Positions 40,088-48,675 of a stretch of DNA of 64,000 bases are shown one piece after another. The first letter of the stretch is position 1. Every line of letters begins with the position of its first letter. The translations under genes were made by a program, and so were the position numbers. The stretch covers positions 32,001 to 96,000 of the forward strand of contig JBEPZV010000001.1 of the NCBI GenBank assembly GCA_041640655.1, given 5' to 3'. The stretch comes from a bacterium (GTDB taxonomy: Bacteria > Acidobacteriota > Blastocatellia > HR10). The notes under the pieces are model-generated. The model searched no databases, was not told the DNA's origin, and saw only the letters and a list, made by a program, of their open reading frames with translations.

Positions 40088-41863
40088 TCACTTCAACTTG
40101 GACAACCACTCGACGATTTGCCTCCGGTCCTCATCCGAAAGCTGCGGAAAGCGGGCGGGCATCGGGTCTTTCAGGCCATAGGCGCGCGGATCCACAAGCA
40201 GGTTGAGCAGGTCCTCCGGGCGGCGATGGGGCTTTTCGATAACGCCGATCAATCGCGGGCCGATATTCCCTTCGCCACGCGGGCCGTGACAGAACGCGCA
40301 ATGGGCGGTGAAGGCGGCCGGAGGAGGCAGCGCAGCGCGTTCGGCCGCTTCCGGTTGAACGACCCGCTTCACCATCTTGATCTTCTTGGCAGGTGGTGTT
40401 GAGACAGCCACCGTTTGAGGCTTCGGCGCTTGGATCGGTTGATCAAGCGTCAGGAGCCACTCGGCGATGGCTTCTCGGTCCTCGGGCGCGAGCTGCTTGA
40501 ACTTCGGCATAGAGCCAGGTGACGGCTCTCGTTGGTGACCCACGAGATAATCAATCAGGAAGGATTTACTCAGATGCCGATTCCTGGCCAGCTTCACCAG
40601 GGCTGGAGCCATCGCCCCACCCATGGCGTCCGCGCCATGGCAGTTGGCGCAGTTGGCGAAGTAGATCTTGAGCACCCGCGACCCGACAACCGGAGGATTC
40701 TTCACGACCGGCGGGTTGACCGGGATCGAACGACCGATCTCCTGCGGGACAAATGGAGCTTTTATGAACGCTCGCGCCTCTTCCTCTTGAGCGCGAAGCT
40801 TGGCGCTGAATTCGGGATGCGTCGCATCCTGGTATTTCGACAGCGCTCCGAGTGCGACACTGCCTCCCAGCGCCAACGCCAACGCACTGACGGCGATGGG
40901 CCGACGAAGCGGGTGTCGCTCCGGTCGGCGATCAATGAACGGGAGCAGAAAGAGCACCCCAAAGAGCACCGTCGGCAGACCTACTGTCGGGATCAGAGCG
41001 AGCTTTCCCGGAAAATACTTGAGCAGTTGAAAGAGCGGGAGGAAGTACCATGGGGGCCGGGCGAGATAATCCGATGTCGGATCGGCCTGCGGCCCCAGCC
41101 GCGCCGGGAACTTCACCGCCAGGATCAAAAGGACGAGGAAGACGATGAAGATGAAGAGCATGTCTTTGAAGAGCTGATACGGATAGAACGGTTCGACCTT
41201 CGCATCATCCCGATGATGATACGGTCCGGCTGCGCCCGCCCGCCGAAAGAAGTAGAGGTGAAGCACAACGAGCAGCAGGAGCGCCAGCGGCAGCAAGAGA
41301 ATATGCGTGACAAAAAACCGCGACAGCGTCAGCGTCGTCAGATCATGGCCGCCGAGCAAGATGCGCTGCATCACCTCGCCAACGACCGGGACTTCACCGG
41401 CGACGCTCGTGCCCACCTTGGTGCCGAAGTACGCTTCCTGATCCCACGGCAGCAAATAGCCGGTGAAGGCAAAACCGAGCACGACAAGCATCATGACCAC
41501 GCCTACCATCCAGAGCAACTCGCGCCGCTGTTTATACGCGCCGAAGAGGTACGTTTGTGCCAGGTGGGCAATCAGAATGATGATCATGGCGCTGGCCCCA
41601 TAGGAATGGAGTCCGCGAATGATCCCTCCCATCGGCACGACCTTCTGGATATAGGCAACGCTCGCGTGCGCGTGGTCGGCCGACGGCACGTAGTACATCG
41701 TCAGGAAAATACCCGTGGCCGCCTGAAGCAAAAAGAGAAAAATGAGCGCGCTGCCAAACACATAAGCGAAGCGCGCCCCGCCGCGAATCGGCTCATCCAG
41801 GATAGCGCGTGAAATCTTCTTGACGCCCGTCCGCTCATCAATCCAATCGTAAAGACTCGCCAT
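40088..41863 (-). CDS. Cytochrome b (b6 plus subunit IV type) fused to two c-type heme domains
   Basis: IRGLHSYGA, IAHLAQ, TGYLLPWDQ, VTHILL, VLHLY, PPWYFL; CANCH and CAFCH. Confidence 0.92.
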   Translation of the reverse strand: MASLYDWIDERTGVKKISRAILDEPIRGGARFAYVFGSALIFLFLLQAATGIFLTMYYVPSADHAHASVAYIQKVVPMGGIIRGLHSYGASAMIIILIAHLAQTYLFGAYKQRRELLWMVGVVMMLVVLGFAFTGYLLPWDQEAYFGTKVGTSVAGEVPVVGEVMQRILLGGHDLTTLTLSRFFVTHILLLPLALLLLVVLHLYFFRRAGAAGPYHHRDDAKVEPFYPYQLFKDMLFIFIVFLVLLILAVKFPARLGPQADPTSDYLARPPWYFLPLFQLLKYFPGKLALIPTVGLPTVLFGVLFLLPFIDRRPERHPLRRPIAVSALALALGGSVALGALSKYQDATHPEFSAKLRAQEEEARAFIKAPFVPQEIGRSIPVNPPVVKNPPVVGSRVLKIYFANCANCHGADAMGGAMAPALVKLARNRHLSKSFLIDYLVGHQREPSPGSMPKFKQLAPEDREAIAEWLLTLDQPIQAPKPQTVAVSTPPAKKIKMVKRVVQPEAAERAALPPPAAFTAHCAFCHGPRGEGNIGPRLIGVIEKPHRRPEDLLNLLVDPRAYGLKDPMPARFPQLSDEDRRQIVEWLSKLK

Positions 41864-41873
41864 GCTGCTCTCC

Positions 41874-42467
41874 TCACGCGATGACGTGCTTATCTGGCAC
41901 GCCTTGCCGGAAAAACCGGTATCTCACCTGAAGCAGGCCATCCTTCACTCGATGCTCCAGCGTATCCATCCCGCGCGGCGTCGGCCCGCCGAGTTTGCGG
42001 CCATCGCGGGCCCAGGCGCTGCCGTGACACGGGCAGATAAACCCGCTGTCCGCCGCATTGATGGTGCAACCAAGATGAGGACAGATGGCCGAGTAGACCA
42101 CCAGATGGTCACCGTTTTTCACGATCCAGACAAGCTGCTGTGTGTTGAAACGCCCCCAGCCGCCGTCTTGCGAGATGACGACCGCCCTTTTGACCGGCTC
42201 CCCATCGGGGATGTCGTCAACCGGAGCGACGTCGGTCCAATCCTCCTCGATCGAGAACTTCTTGAACGCCGGAAAGAGGCTGAACCCGGCCAACAGCACG
42301 CTCATCACACCGCCGATGGTGGCGGCCATCAGACCGATCATCAGGCCGAGGAACGATCGCCGCGGAGCCACATTCCGAATCGGTTGGGCCGACGACGCTC
42401 CGTGTTCGATTTTTGATGTCTCCGGCTGTCGCTGAGGAGATGGCGAGACCTTTTGCTCGTGATTCAT
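41874..42467 (-). CDS. Rieske [2Fe-2S] subunit of a bc-type complex
   Basis: RRSFL Tat motif plus TM, CPHLGC, CPCHGS. Confidence 0.93.
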   Translation of the reverse strand: MNHEQKVSPSPQRQPETSKIEHGASSAQPIRNVAPRRSFLGLMIGLMAATIGGVMSVLLAGFSLFPAFKKFSIEEDWTDVAPVDDIPDGEPVKRAVVISQDGGWGRFNTQQLVWIVKNGDHLVVYSAICPHLGCTINAADSGFICPCHGSAWARDGRKLGGPTPRGMDTLEHRVKDGLLQVRYRFFRQGVPDKHVIA

Positions 42468-42524
42468 AGCTGCGCCGTTCTCCGTCGCCGGCGAACTCGA
42501 TGGTTCGCGTGGCGGCTTTTCTCT

Positions 42525-42995
42525 TCACGATGTTTGGAGGTTCGCCGTTGGTTCCCCGCCAGACATCTGACCCAGGATCGCGCCGTAGATGATATGTCCC
42601 ATCAGGCTCCCGGCGACCGTCATCATCGGCTGCGGAGCATGACTGGAGAAGAATCCGGCGCCCATCATCGGCATGACCACGGCCTGAGAGACCAACCAGA
42701 GCATCAGCCCCCAGATGAGGCCTTTGCGCCACGGTGCGCCGGGCAAACGGTCGTAGAGCAAAAAAGCGAAGATCAACGGAAAAATCACCGACCCGTTCAC
42801 AAAATGAAGAACCATGCCCATGAGCCACGCGCCACTCATGGGCTCGGGCATCGTCTGGCTCATCATGCCGCCGAGCATGGCGGCCACGTCCATCTTCGGC
42901 ATCCCCATGAGCGGAGCCAGATACATGATCACGGTCATCACCAGCGTGGCGACGAATCCGCCGAGGATCGCTTTCTCAACGTTCTTGCGCTCCAT
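42525..42995 (-). CDS. Met-rich 4-TM membrane protein
   Basis: GFVATLVMT, GMVLHFVNG, GLIWG, SLMGHIIYG. Confidence 0.75.
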   Translation of the reverse strand: MERKNVEKAILGGFVATLVMTVIMYLAPLMGMPKMDVAAMLGGMMSQTMPEPMSGAWLMGMVLHFVNGSVIFPLIFAFLLYDRLPGAPWRKGLIWGLMLWLVSQAVVMPMMGAGFFSSHAPQPMMTVAGSLMGHIIYGAILGQMSGGEPTANLQTS

Positions 42996-43027
42996 GACGC
43001 CCTCCTGACTCTGAGTTTTCAGGCCGC

Positions 43028-43145
43028 ATTGTGTCACGGCCTCGGCGAGGAAGCCGTAATTTCGATTACAAAGCCCGAACGTTCGTCGGCGAACTTTCGG
43101 ACGGTGATCCACATTACTGAACTCGAAGGGAGGGAGGGCTACACT
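43028..43145. promoter_or_regulatory. Divergent pair of Crp-type class II promoters
   Basis: CGTAA-TTTCGA-TTACA (43055) with leftward TG-n-CACAAT; GGTGA-TCCACA-TTACT (43103) with TACACT at 43140. Confidence 0.55.
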
Positions 43146-43187
43146 GGCCGCTGTCTGTCGGACAGATTTTCGAAAAGGAGGACAAAA

Positions 43188-43898
43188 ATGACGGATCGGA
43201 CGAAACGGATAGCGAAGGCGCTCGCGGTGGTCGCCTTCGCCGCCAGCTCAAGCTATCTGCTTCTCGGCAGCGGTCGGTCGGATGCGGCCCGCATCGAAAA
43301 CCGTCTCGCGCCGGAATCGCGCGCCCAGGCCCAAAACCCGTGCAATCCCTGTCGAGACAAAGCCCGCCAGCGCGCGCAGAATCCCTGCAATCCTTGCGCC
43401 CAGAAGAAAAAGGCGCAAAATCCCTGCAATCCCTGCGCCGGAAAGATGCCGGCCACGGGGAAGGTCTATCAAGATGCGACAACCTATCGGAGTTGGGCGA
43501 AGCTGACAGAGCCCACACTGAGCGTGGGTCACGGCGGCAAGTACGTCGTCACCTACGCGAACTCGTCCGCCGAGGCGACGATCAAAAGCGGCCGGTTCCC
43601 GTTCAAAAGCGGGGCCAAATTGATCAAGGAAGGGTACGAGGACGCCGGCGGCAAGCCGGGCGAGCTGACGACCCTCTACGTGATGGAGAAACGCGGTCGC
43701 GATTGGTACTACGCCATGACCGACCTTCAGGGCAACATCCAGATGGAGGGGATGAGCAAGCAAGCCCAGATGTGCTCAAGTTGTCACACCGGAGCCAAGA
43801 AAACGGATTACGTCTTCACGGCGGCGCAGCTCAAGGGCCAATCCCCGACCATGCCCGCTAATCCCTGCAATCCGTGCGCCAAAAAGAAGAAAGGCTGA
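43188..43898 (+). CDS. Cytochrome P460-family-like exported protein with four NPCNPC repeats
   Basis: Signal peptide; YRSW, GHGG, YAN, FKSGAKLIKE, YVMEKR, WYY, CSSCH, DYVF. Confidence 0.8.
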   Translation: MTDRTKRIAKALAVVAFAASSSYLLLGSGRSDAARIENRLAPESRAQAQNPCNPCRDKARQRAQNPCNPCAQKKKAQNPCNPCAGKMPATGKVYQDATTYRSWAKLTEPTLSVGHGGKYVVTYANSSAEATIKSGRFPFKSGAKLIKEGYEDAGGKPGELTTLYVMEKRGRDWYYAMTDLQGNIQMEGMSKQAQMCSSCHTGAKKTDYVFTAAQLKGQSPTMPANPCNPCAKKKKG

Positions 43899-43957
43899 GA
43901 CCCCGGCAATCCCTGCGGGGTGAAGGCGACCCTCGCCAGGGGAGAAATTTCGCCCAA

Positions 43958-44000
43958 CGTAAGGAAGATTACAGTGGCCTGTCAGAGCAAAGCATAGAAT
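43958..44000 (+). promoter_or_regulatory. Crp-type site and -10
   Basis: CGTAA-GGAAGA-TTACA; TAGAAT 22 nt after TAC. Confidence 0.6.
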
Positions 44001-44034
44001 GTTCGGTGCACATTCAACATACGGGAGGAAAAGC

Positions 44035-44403
44035 ATGAAGAAACTGTCTGCGGTTGGATGTCTCGTCGCTCTTTCATTTGTCGCCGCCTTTGCTCAACAG
44101 CGGACCTTCGTCGGCAAGATCGGCGATAGCCAATGTGGTTTGAAGCATGCGATGGGCATGGGCAGCGACAAGGAGTGCACGCTCAAATGCGTCCAGGCGG
44201 GCGGGAAATTCATCCTGGCCGACCTGAAGAACAACACCGTCTACCAGCTCGATGACCAGAAGACGCCGGAGAAATTCGCCGGGCAGATGGTGAAGGTCAC
44301 GGGCACGCTCGACCGAAAGACCAAGACCATCAAGGTCGCGAGCATTGAGCCGGCTCCGGAAAACCCGTGCAACCCCTGCGCGAAGAAGCCGGGGAAGTCG
44401 TAA
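44035..44403 (+). CDS. Exported OB-fold-like Cys/His protein with NPCNPC tail
   Basis: GKIGDSQCGLKH...CTLKCVQAG...VKVTG; ENPCNPC. Confidence 0.75.
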   Translation: MKKLSAVGCLVALSFVAAFAQQRTFVGKIGDSQCGLKHAMGMGSDKECTLKCVQAGGKFILADLKNNTVYQLDDQKTPEKFAGQMVKVTGTLDRKTKTIKVASIEPAPENPCNPCAKKPGKS

Positions 44404-44532
44404 AACCCCTGCAATCCGTGCGGGAAGAAAAAGCCCGAGAGCCGGACCTGAGTACAGAGCTTCTGCCGAGAGCGCGACCGACCGTGAACTCTCAGCACGA
44501 CTACGGCCGGTCGCAAGGAGGATAGGCGCCTC

Positions 44533-45555
44533 ATGAGAGCCGAACACAAACGATCGCATCAGGCTCACGGGCTGCTTATCCTCGCCGGCCTTCTTGGGCT
44601 GACGACGGTGATCTGGATCGGGCTCTCGCCGCGCCTGCGGCAAGCCATGTCAGGAGGGCAGCAGAGCCGACAGCCCACCGCTCCTCCGGCGATGAAGCTT
44701 TTACCCGGCGGTCGCTTCGAGATGGGGAGCCCACCGGCGGAAGCGCACCAGGCGATCCACAATCGCGCTGACACGACCGGCGCTCCCGACCCCGCTCATG
44801 AGATTTATGAAGACGAAGGCCCGGTTCACGAGGTCGCGCTCTCACCCTTTTTCATTGACCTTCACGAGGTGACCAATGCGGAGTTCGCGCTGTTTGTTCA
44901 AGCCACCGGGTACAAGACGGATGCCGAGCGCAAAGGGGCATCCTGGGTCTTTCGCCAGGGCGCCAGGGATTGGGAGTTCATCCGAGGCGCCGACTGGCGC
45001 CATCCCCTCGGACCCGACGACTCCATTGCCGATCGAATGAATCATCCGGTCGTACACGTCTCCTGGAACGATGCTCTCGCCTATTGCCGATGGGCGGGCA
45101 AACGACTGCCGACCGAAGCCGAATGGGAATATGCCGCCCGCGCCGGCCATCGGGGTCAGACTTATCCTTGGGGCAATGAGCTGAAACCCGGAGGCAAGCT
45201 CATGGCCAATTTCTGGCAGGGGCACTGGCCCGACAGGAATCTGCTCGAAGACGGCTACTACTACACGGCGCCGGTCTGTTCCTTCCCGCCGAACGATTTC
45301 GGCCTCTGCGACATGGTGGGAAACGTCTGGGAATGGACAGCCGACTGGTATGCCGAGGATTACTACGCCCACAGCCCCGTTGCGAACCCCCAGGGTCCGT
45401 CATCGGGAGAGATGCGCGTGGCGCGAGGAGGATCGTGGTTTTGCTCGCCCAATTACTGCGGAGCCTATCGCGTGGCTTTCCGCGGCAAGAGCCCGCCCGA
45501 CGCGAGCTTCAACAACGTGGGATTTCGCTGCGCCAAAGATGCCAAAGCGCCTTAA
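44533..45555 (+). CDS. Formylglycine-generating enzyme (SUMF1) family protein
   Basis: HPVVHVSWNDA, RLPTEAEWEYAAR, GNVWEW, RGGSWFCSPNYC, NVGFRC. Confidence 0.92.
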   Translation: MRAEHKRSHQAHGLLILAGLLGLTTVIWIGLSPRLRQAMSGGQQSRQPTAPPAMKLLPGGRFEMGSPPAEAHQAIHNRADTTGAPDPAHEIYEDEGPVHEVALSPFFIDLHEVTNAEFALFVQATGYKTDAERKGASWVFRQGARDWEFIRGADWRHPLGPDDSIADRMNHPVVHVSWNDALAYCRWAGKRLPTEAEWEYAARAGHRGQTYPWGNELKPGGKLMANFWQGHWPDRNLLEDGYYYTAPVCSFPPNDFGLCDMVGNVWEWTADWYAEDYYAHSPVANPQGPSSGEMRVARGGSWFCSPNYCGAYRVAFRGKSPPDASFNNVGFRCAKDAKAP

Positions 45556-45559
45556 TGCC

Positions 45560-45856
45560 GATAATCGCGAGAGTGGTTCCGTTGGTGTTCCCCTGCTCCA
45601 GGTCTACGTGGCGCGTCACTGCCCCAGTTGTGAAGAAGCCCGGCGACTGGCCCATCTGGCGGATTCGCTTTTCCCCGCCCTCACCGTGCACGTTATTGAT
45701 CTGGACGAATCGCCAGCCGATGGGGTGGATGTCTTCGCCGTCCCCACCTATGTGTTCAACGGCCGAGTGTGCTTCCTCGGCAACCCATCGGAGGAAGAAC
45801 TGTGCGAAGTACTCGATCGCTTGCTTGAATCCTCCCTCGAAGATGCGGTAGAGTGA
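45560..45856 (+). CDS. Small thioredoxin/glutaredoxin-like protein (start codon unclear)
   Basis: VYVARHCPSC...VFAVPTYVFNG; nearest ATG (45555) is in another frame. Confidence 0.6.
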   Translation, partial: DNRESGSVGVPLLQVYVARHCPSCEEARRLAHLADSLFPALTVHVIDLDESPADGVDVFAVPTYVFNGRVCFLGNPSEEELCEVLDRLLESSLEDAVE

Positions 45857-45888
45857 AGCCCAGCTCTTTGAGAAAGGAGGATCACGCC

Positions 45889-46656
45889 ATGCCGTCAAAT
45901 CCCTTCGCCTCCATCGCCAGAAGGATGACCGGTCAACGTCGCGCCTCGCCCACTGCCGCAGCCGCCGACGATCACCCGGCGCGAGAGCGATTGAGCGAAA
46001 AGCTCGGATACTTATCGGCGATGAAGATCTTTCAGGACCTCAGCCGCGAGGAGCTGATGGCCATCGAGCGGGCTACGACGATGATCACGTGCCCGGCCGG
46101 TCGCGTGTTCTACATCCCGGGAGAAACCGGCGAGGTTCTTTTCCTGCTCAAGCGGGGGCGAGTTCAGATCTATTGTCTCTCGCCGGATGGGCGCAAACTG
46201 ACGGTGAAGATCCTGGAGCCGATGACGTTTTTCGGGGAGATGGCCATTCTCGGCCAGGGGATGTATGACACGTTCGCCGAGGCGATGGATGATTGCGTGA
46301 TTTGCGTCATGAGCCGCCAGGATGTCGTCCGGCTTCTTCTCAGCAAGCCGCCGGTGGCCGCGCGCATCTGTGAGGAGCTGGCGCGTCGGGTGATGGAGAC
46401 CGAGCAGCGATTGGAAGAGCTGGCCTTCAAGGGCGTGGACTCACGGCTGGCCGGCTTGCTGATTCGCCTCGCCGGCCAGGGAGACGAACTCGTCGGTTAT
46501 AGCCACCAGGAGCTGGCGGAACTCCTCGGCGTCTATCGCGAGACGGTCACCCTGACCTTGGACCGGTTCAAGGCCCGAGGGCTGATCGAGATCGGGCGCC
46601 GGCGCCTCAAGCTGCTGAACCGCGCTGCGTTGGCCGAGATCGCCAAGTCCCCGTGA
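45889..46656 (+). CDS. Crp/Fnr family regulator
   Basis: TFFGEMA; HTH SHQELAELLGVYRETVT. Confidence 0.92.
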   Translation: MPSNPFASIARRMTGQRRASPTAAAADDHPARERLSEKLGYLSAMKIFQDLSREELMAIERATTMITCPAGRVFYIPGETGEVLFLLKRGRVQIYCLSPDGRKLTVKILEPMTFFGEMAILGQGMYDTFAEAMDDCVICVMSRQDVVRLLLSKPPVAARICEELARRVMETEQRLEELAFKGVDSRLAGLLIRLAGQGDELVGYSHQELAELLGVYRETVTLTLDRFKARGLIEIGRRRLKLLNRAALAEIAKSP

Positions 46657-46826
46657 AGTTCCTTTGAGCACGCGACGGGGGAGCATCTCGCACCGCCCCT
46701 CTACAGAAGCGTTCGCCAAACTGGCGCGCCGACCGAAAGCGACCGGATCAACGCCTCCCCCAAGCCGCGCCAACATCGTGTCCACCGCCGAGCTGGACGT
46801 CGCCCGGATCCACCACTTGCCCGAAC

Positions 46827-48248
46827 TCAACCTCCCCGCGAAGGCTCCTCGGCGCGGACGGGGGCCACGGCAGCGTCCGAACGAGCCGGGACATGCGCGG
46901 TGCCGCCCATCCCCGGCGAGAGGAAGTTGTACGCGACCTCACCGTGCAGCACCAGATCCAATCCCGCGATCTCTTCCTCTTCGGTGACGCGGAGCGGAGT
47001 CATCCGGGCGACCACCTTGAGGATGAGGAAGGTCATCGCAGCAGCCAAAGCCCAGGTCGCGACCACGCCGATGAGCTGAACGAGCAGCTGCCCGGGATTG
47101 CCGAAGAGCGCCCCATCGGCGCCTATGGGGTTCACGGCGCGACTGGCGAAGAGCCCCGTTGCCAGAGCCCCCCATGTCCCGCACAGGCCGTGAACGCCGA
47201 AGACATCCAGGGAATCATCGTAGCCCAAGCGCGGCTTGAGGATGTTGACGCCCCAGTATCCGATCACCCCAGCTCCGATCCCGATCGCGAGGGCTGAGAG
47301 GGCCGAGACATACCCGGAAGCAGGGGTGATCGCGACCAATCCGGCGACAACTCCGGTCGCCGTCCCCAAGACCGTCGGCTTGCCACGGTGCCCCCACTCG
47401 ATGAAGGCCCACGTGAGACCGGCCACGGCCGCCGCCGCATGCGTCACGGTGAAGGCCACCGCGGCCAAACCGTTGGCAGCCAGAGCGCTCCCGGCATTAA
47501 ACCCGAACCATCCAAACCAGAGCAGCGCCGCCCCCAGGATCGTCAGCGGCAAGTTGTGAGGAGGGAGGACCTTCTCCGGATACCCCTGGCGCCGACCGAT
47601 GACCAGCGCTGCCACCAAAGCTGAGACGCCGGAGCTGATGTGAACGACCGTCCCACCGGCGAAGTCCAAAGCACCCAGCTTCCCGAGCCATCCCCCGCCC
47701 CACACCCAGTGCGCCAGCGGATCATACACCAGAGTCGCCCACATCACCGCGAACAACACAAACGCGGTGAAACGAATCCGCTCGACGAATGTCCCCGTGA
47801 TGAGTGCCACGGTGATGACGGCGAACATCCCCTGGAACATGACGAAGGCCAGATGCGGAACGTTCATCCCCGCGTTGGGCTCCCCGCCGACCCCCTTGAG
47901 CCCCCAATACGTCAAGCGACCGATGATCCCCCCAAGATCGGGGCCGAACGAGAGGCTGTATCCCAACACCACCCATTGCACGCTGATCAGACACAGGAGG
48001 AAGAAACTGTGCATGAGCGTCGAGAGCACATTGCGCTGACTGACCAATCCCCCGTAGAAGAGCGCCAATCCCGGCGCCGTCATCAGCATCACCAGCGCAC
48101 TTGCCGTGAGCACCCACGCCGTATCGCCGGCATCCACCGTCGGTGTCGAGGTGGCTTGCGCCCAGACCGTTGGCCCCACAAGCAGCGAGAGGCCAATCCC
48201 CCACAAAAGCTCACGACTCCATCGCCGATGCGGTCTCCTCATCGCCAT
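46827..48248 (-). CDS. amtB: Ammonium transporter
   Basis: GLALFYGG, FQGMFA, DFAGGTVVH, WFGWFGFNAGS, DDSLDVFGVHG. Confidence 0.97.
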   Translation of the reverse strand: MAMRRPHRRWSRELLWGIGLSLLVGPTVWAQATSTPTVDAGDTAWVLTASALVMLMTAPGLALFYGGLVSQRNVLSTLMHSFFLLCLISVQWVVLGYSLSFGPDLGGIIGRLTYWGLKGVGGEPNAGMNVPHLAFVMFQGMFAVITVALITGTFVERIRFTAFVLFAVMWATLVYDPLAHWVWGGGWLGKLGALDFAGGTVVHISSGVSALVAALVIGRRQGYPEKVLPPHNLPLTILGAALLWFGWFGFNAGSALAANGLAAVAFTVTHAAAAVAGLTWAFIEWGHRGKPTVLGTATGVVAGLVAITPASGYVSALSALAIGIGAGVIGYWGVNILKPRLGYDDSLDVFGVHGLCGTWGALATGLFASRAVNPIGADGALFGNPGQLLVQLIGVVATWALAAAMTFLILKVVARMTPLRVTEEEEIAGLDLVLHGEVAYNFLSPGMGGTAHVPARSDAAVAPVRAEEPSRGG

Positions 48249-48279
48249 CCCTCCTTGCAGGAAGATCCTCAGCGCCCGT

Positions 48280-48675
<396 letters not shown>

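Noticed and set aside
43896..43997. Sec read-through of the P460-like gene's TGA
   Set aside because: The TGA is not at a Cys position of the repeat, the following repeat is degenerate and I saw no convincing hairpin
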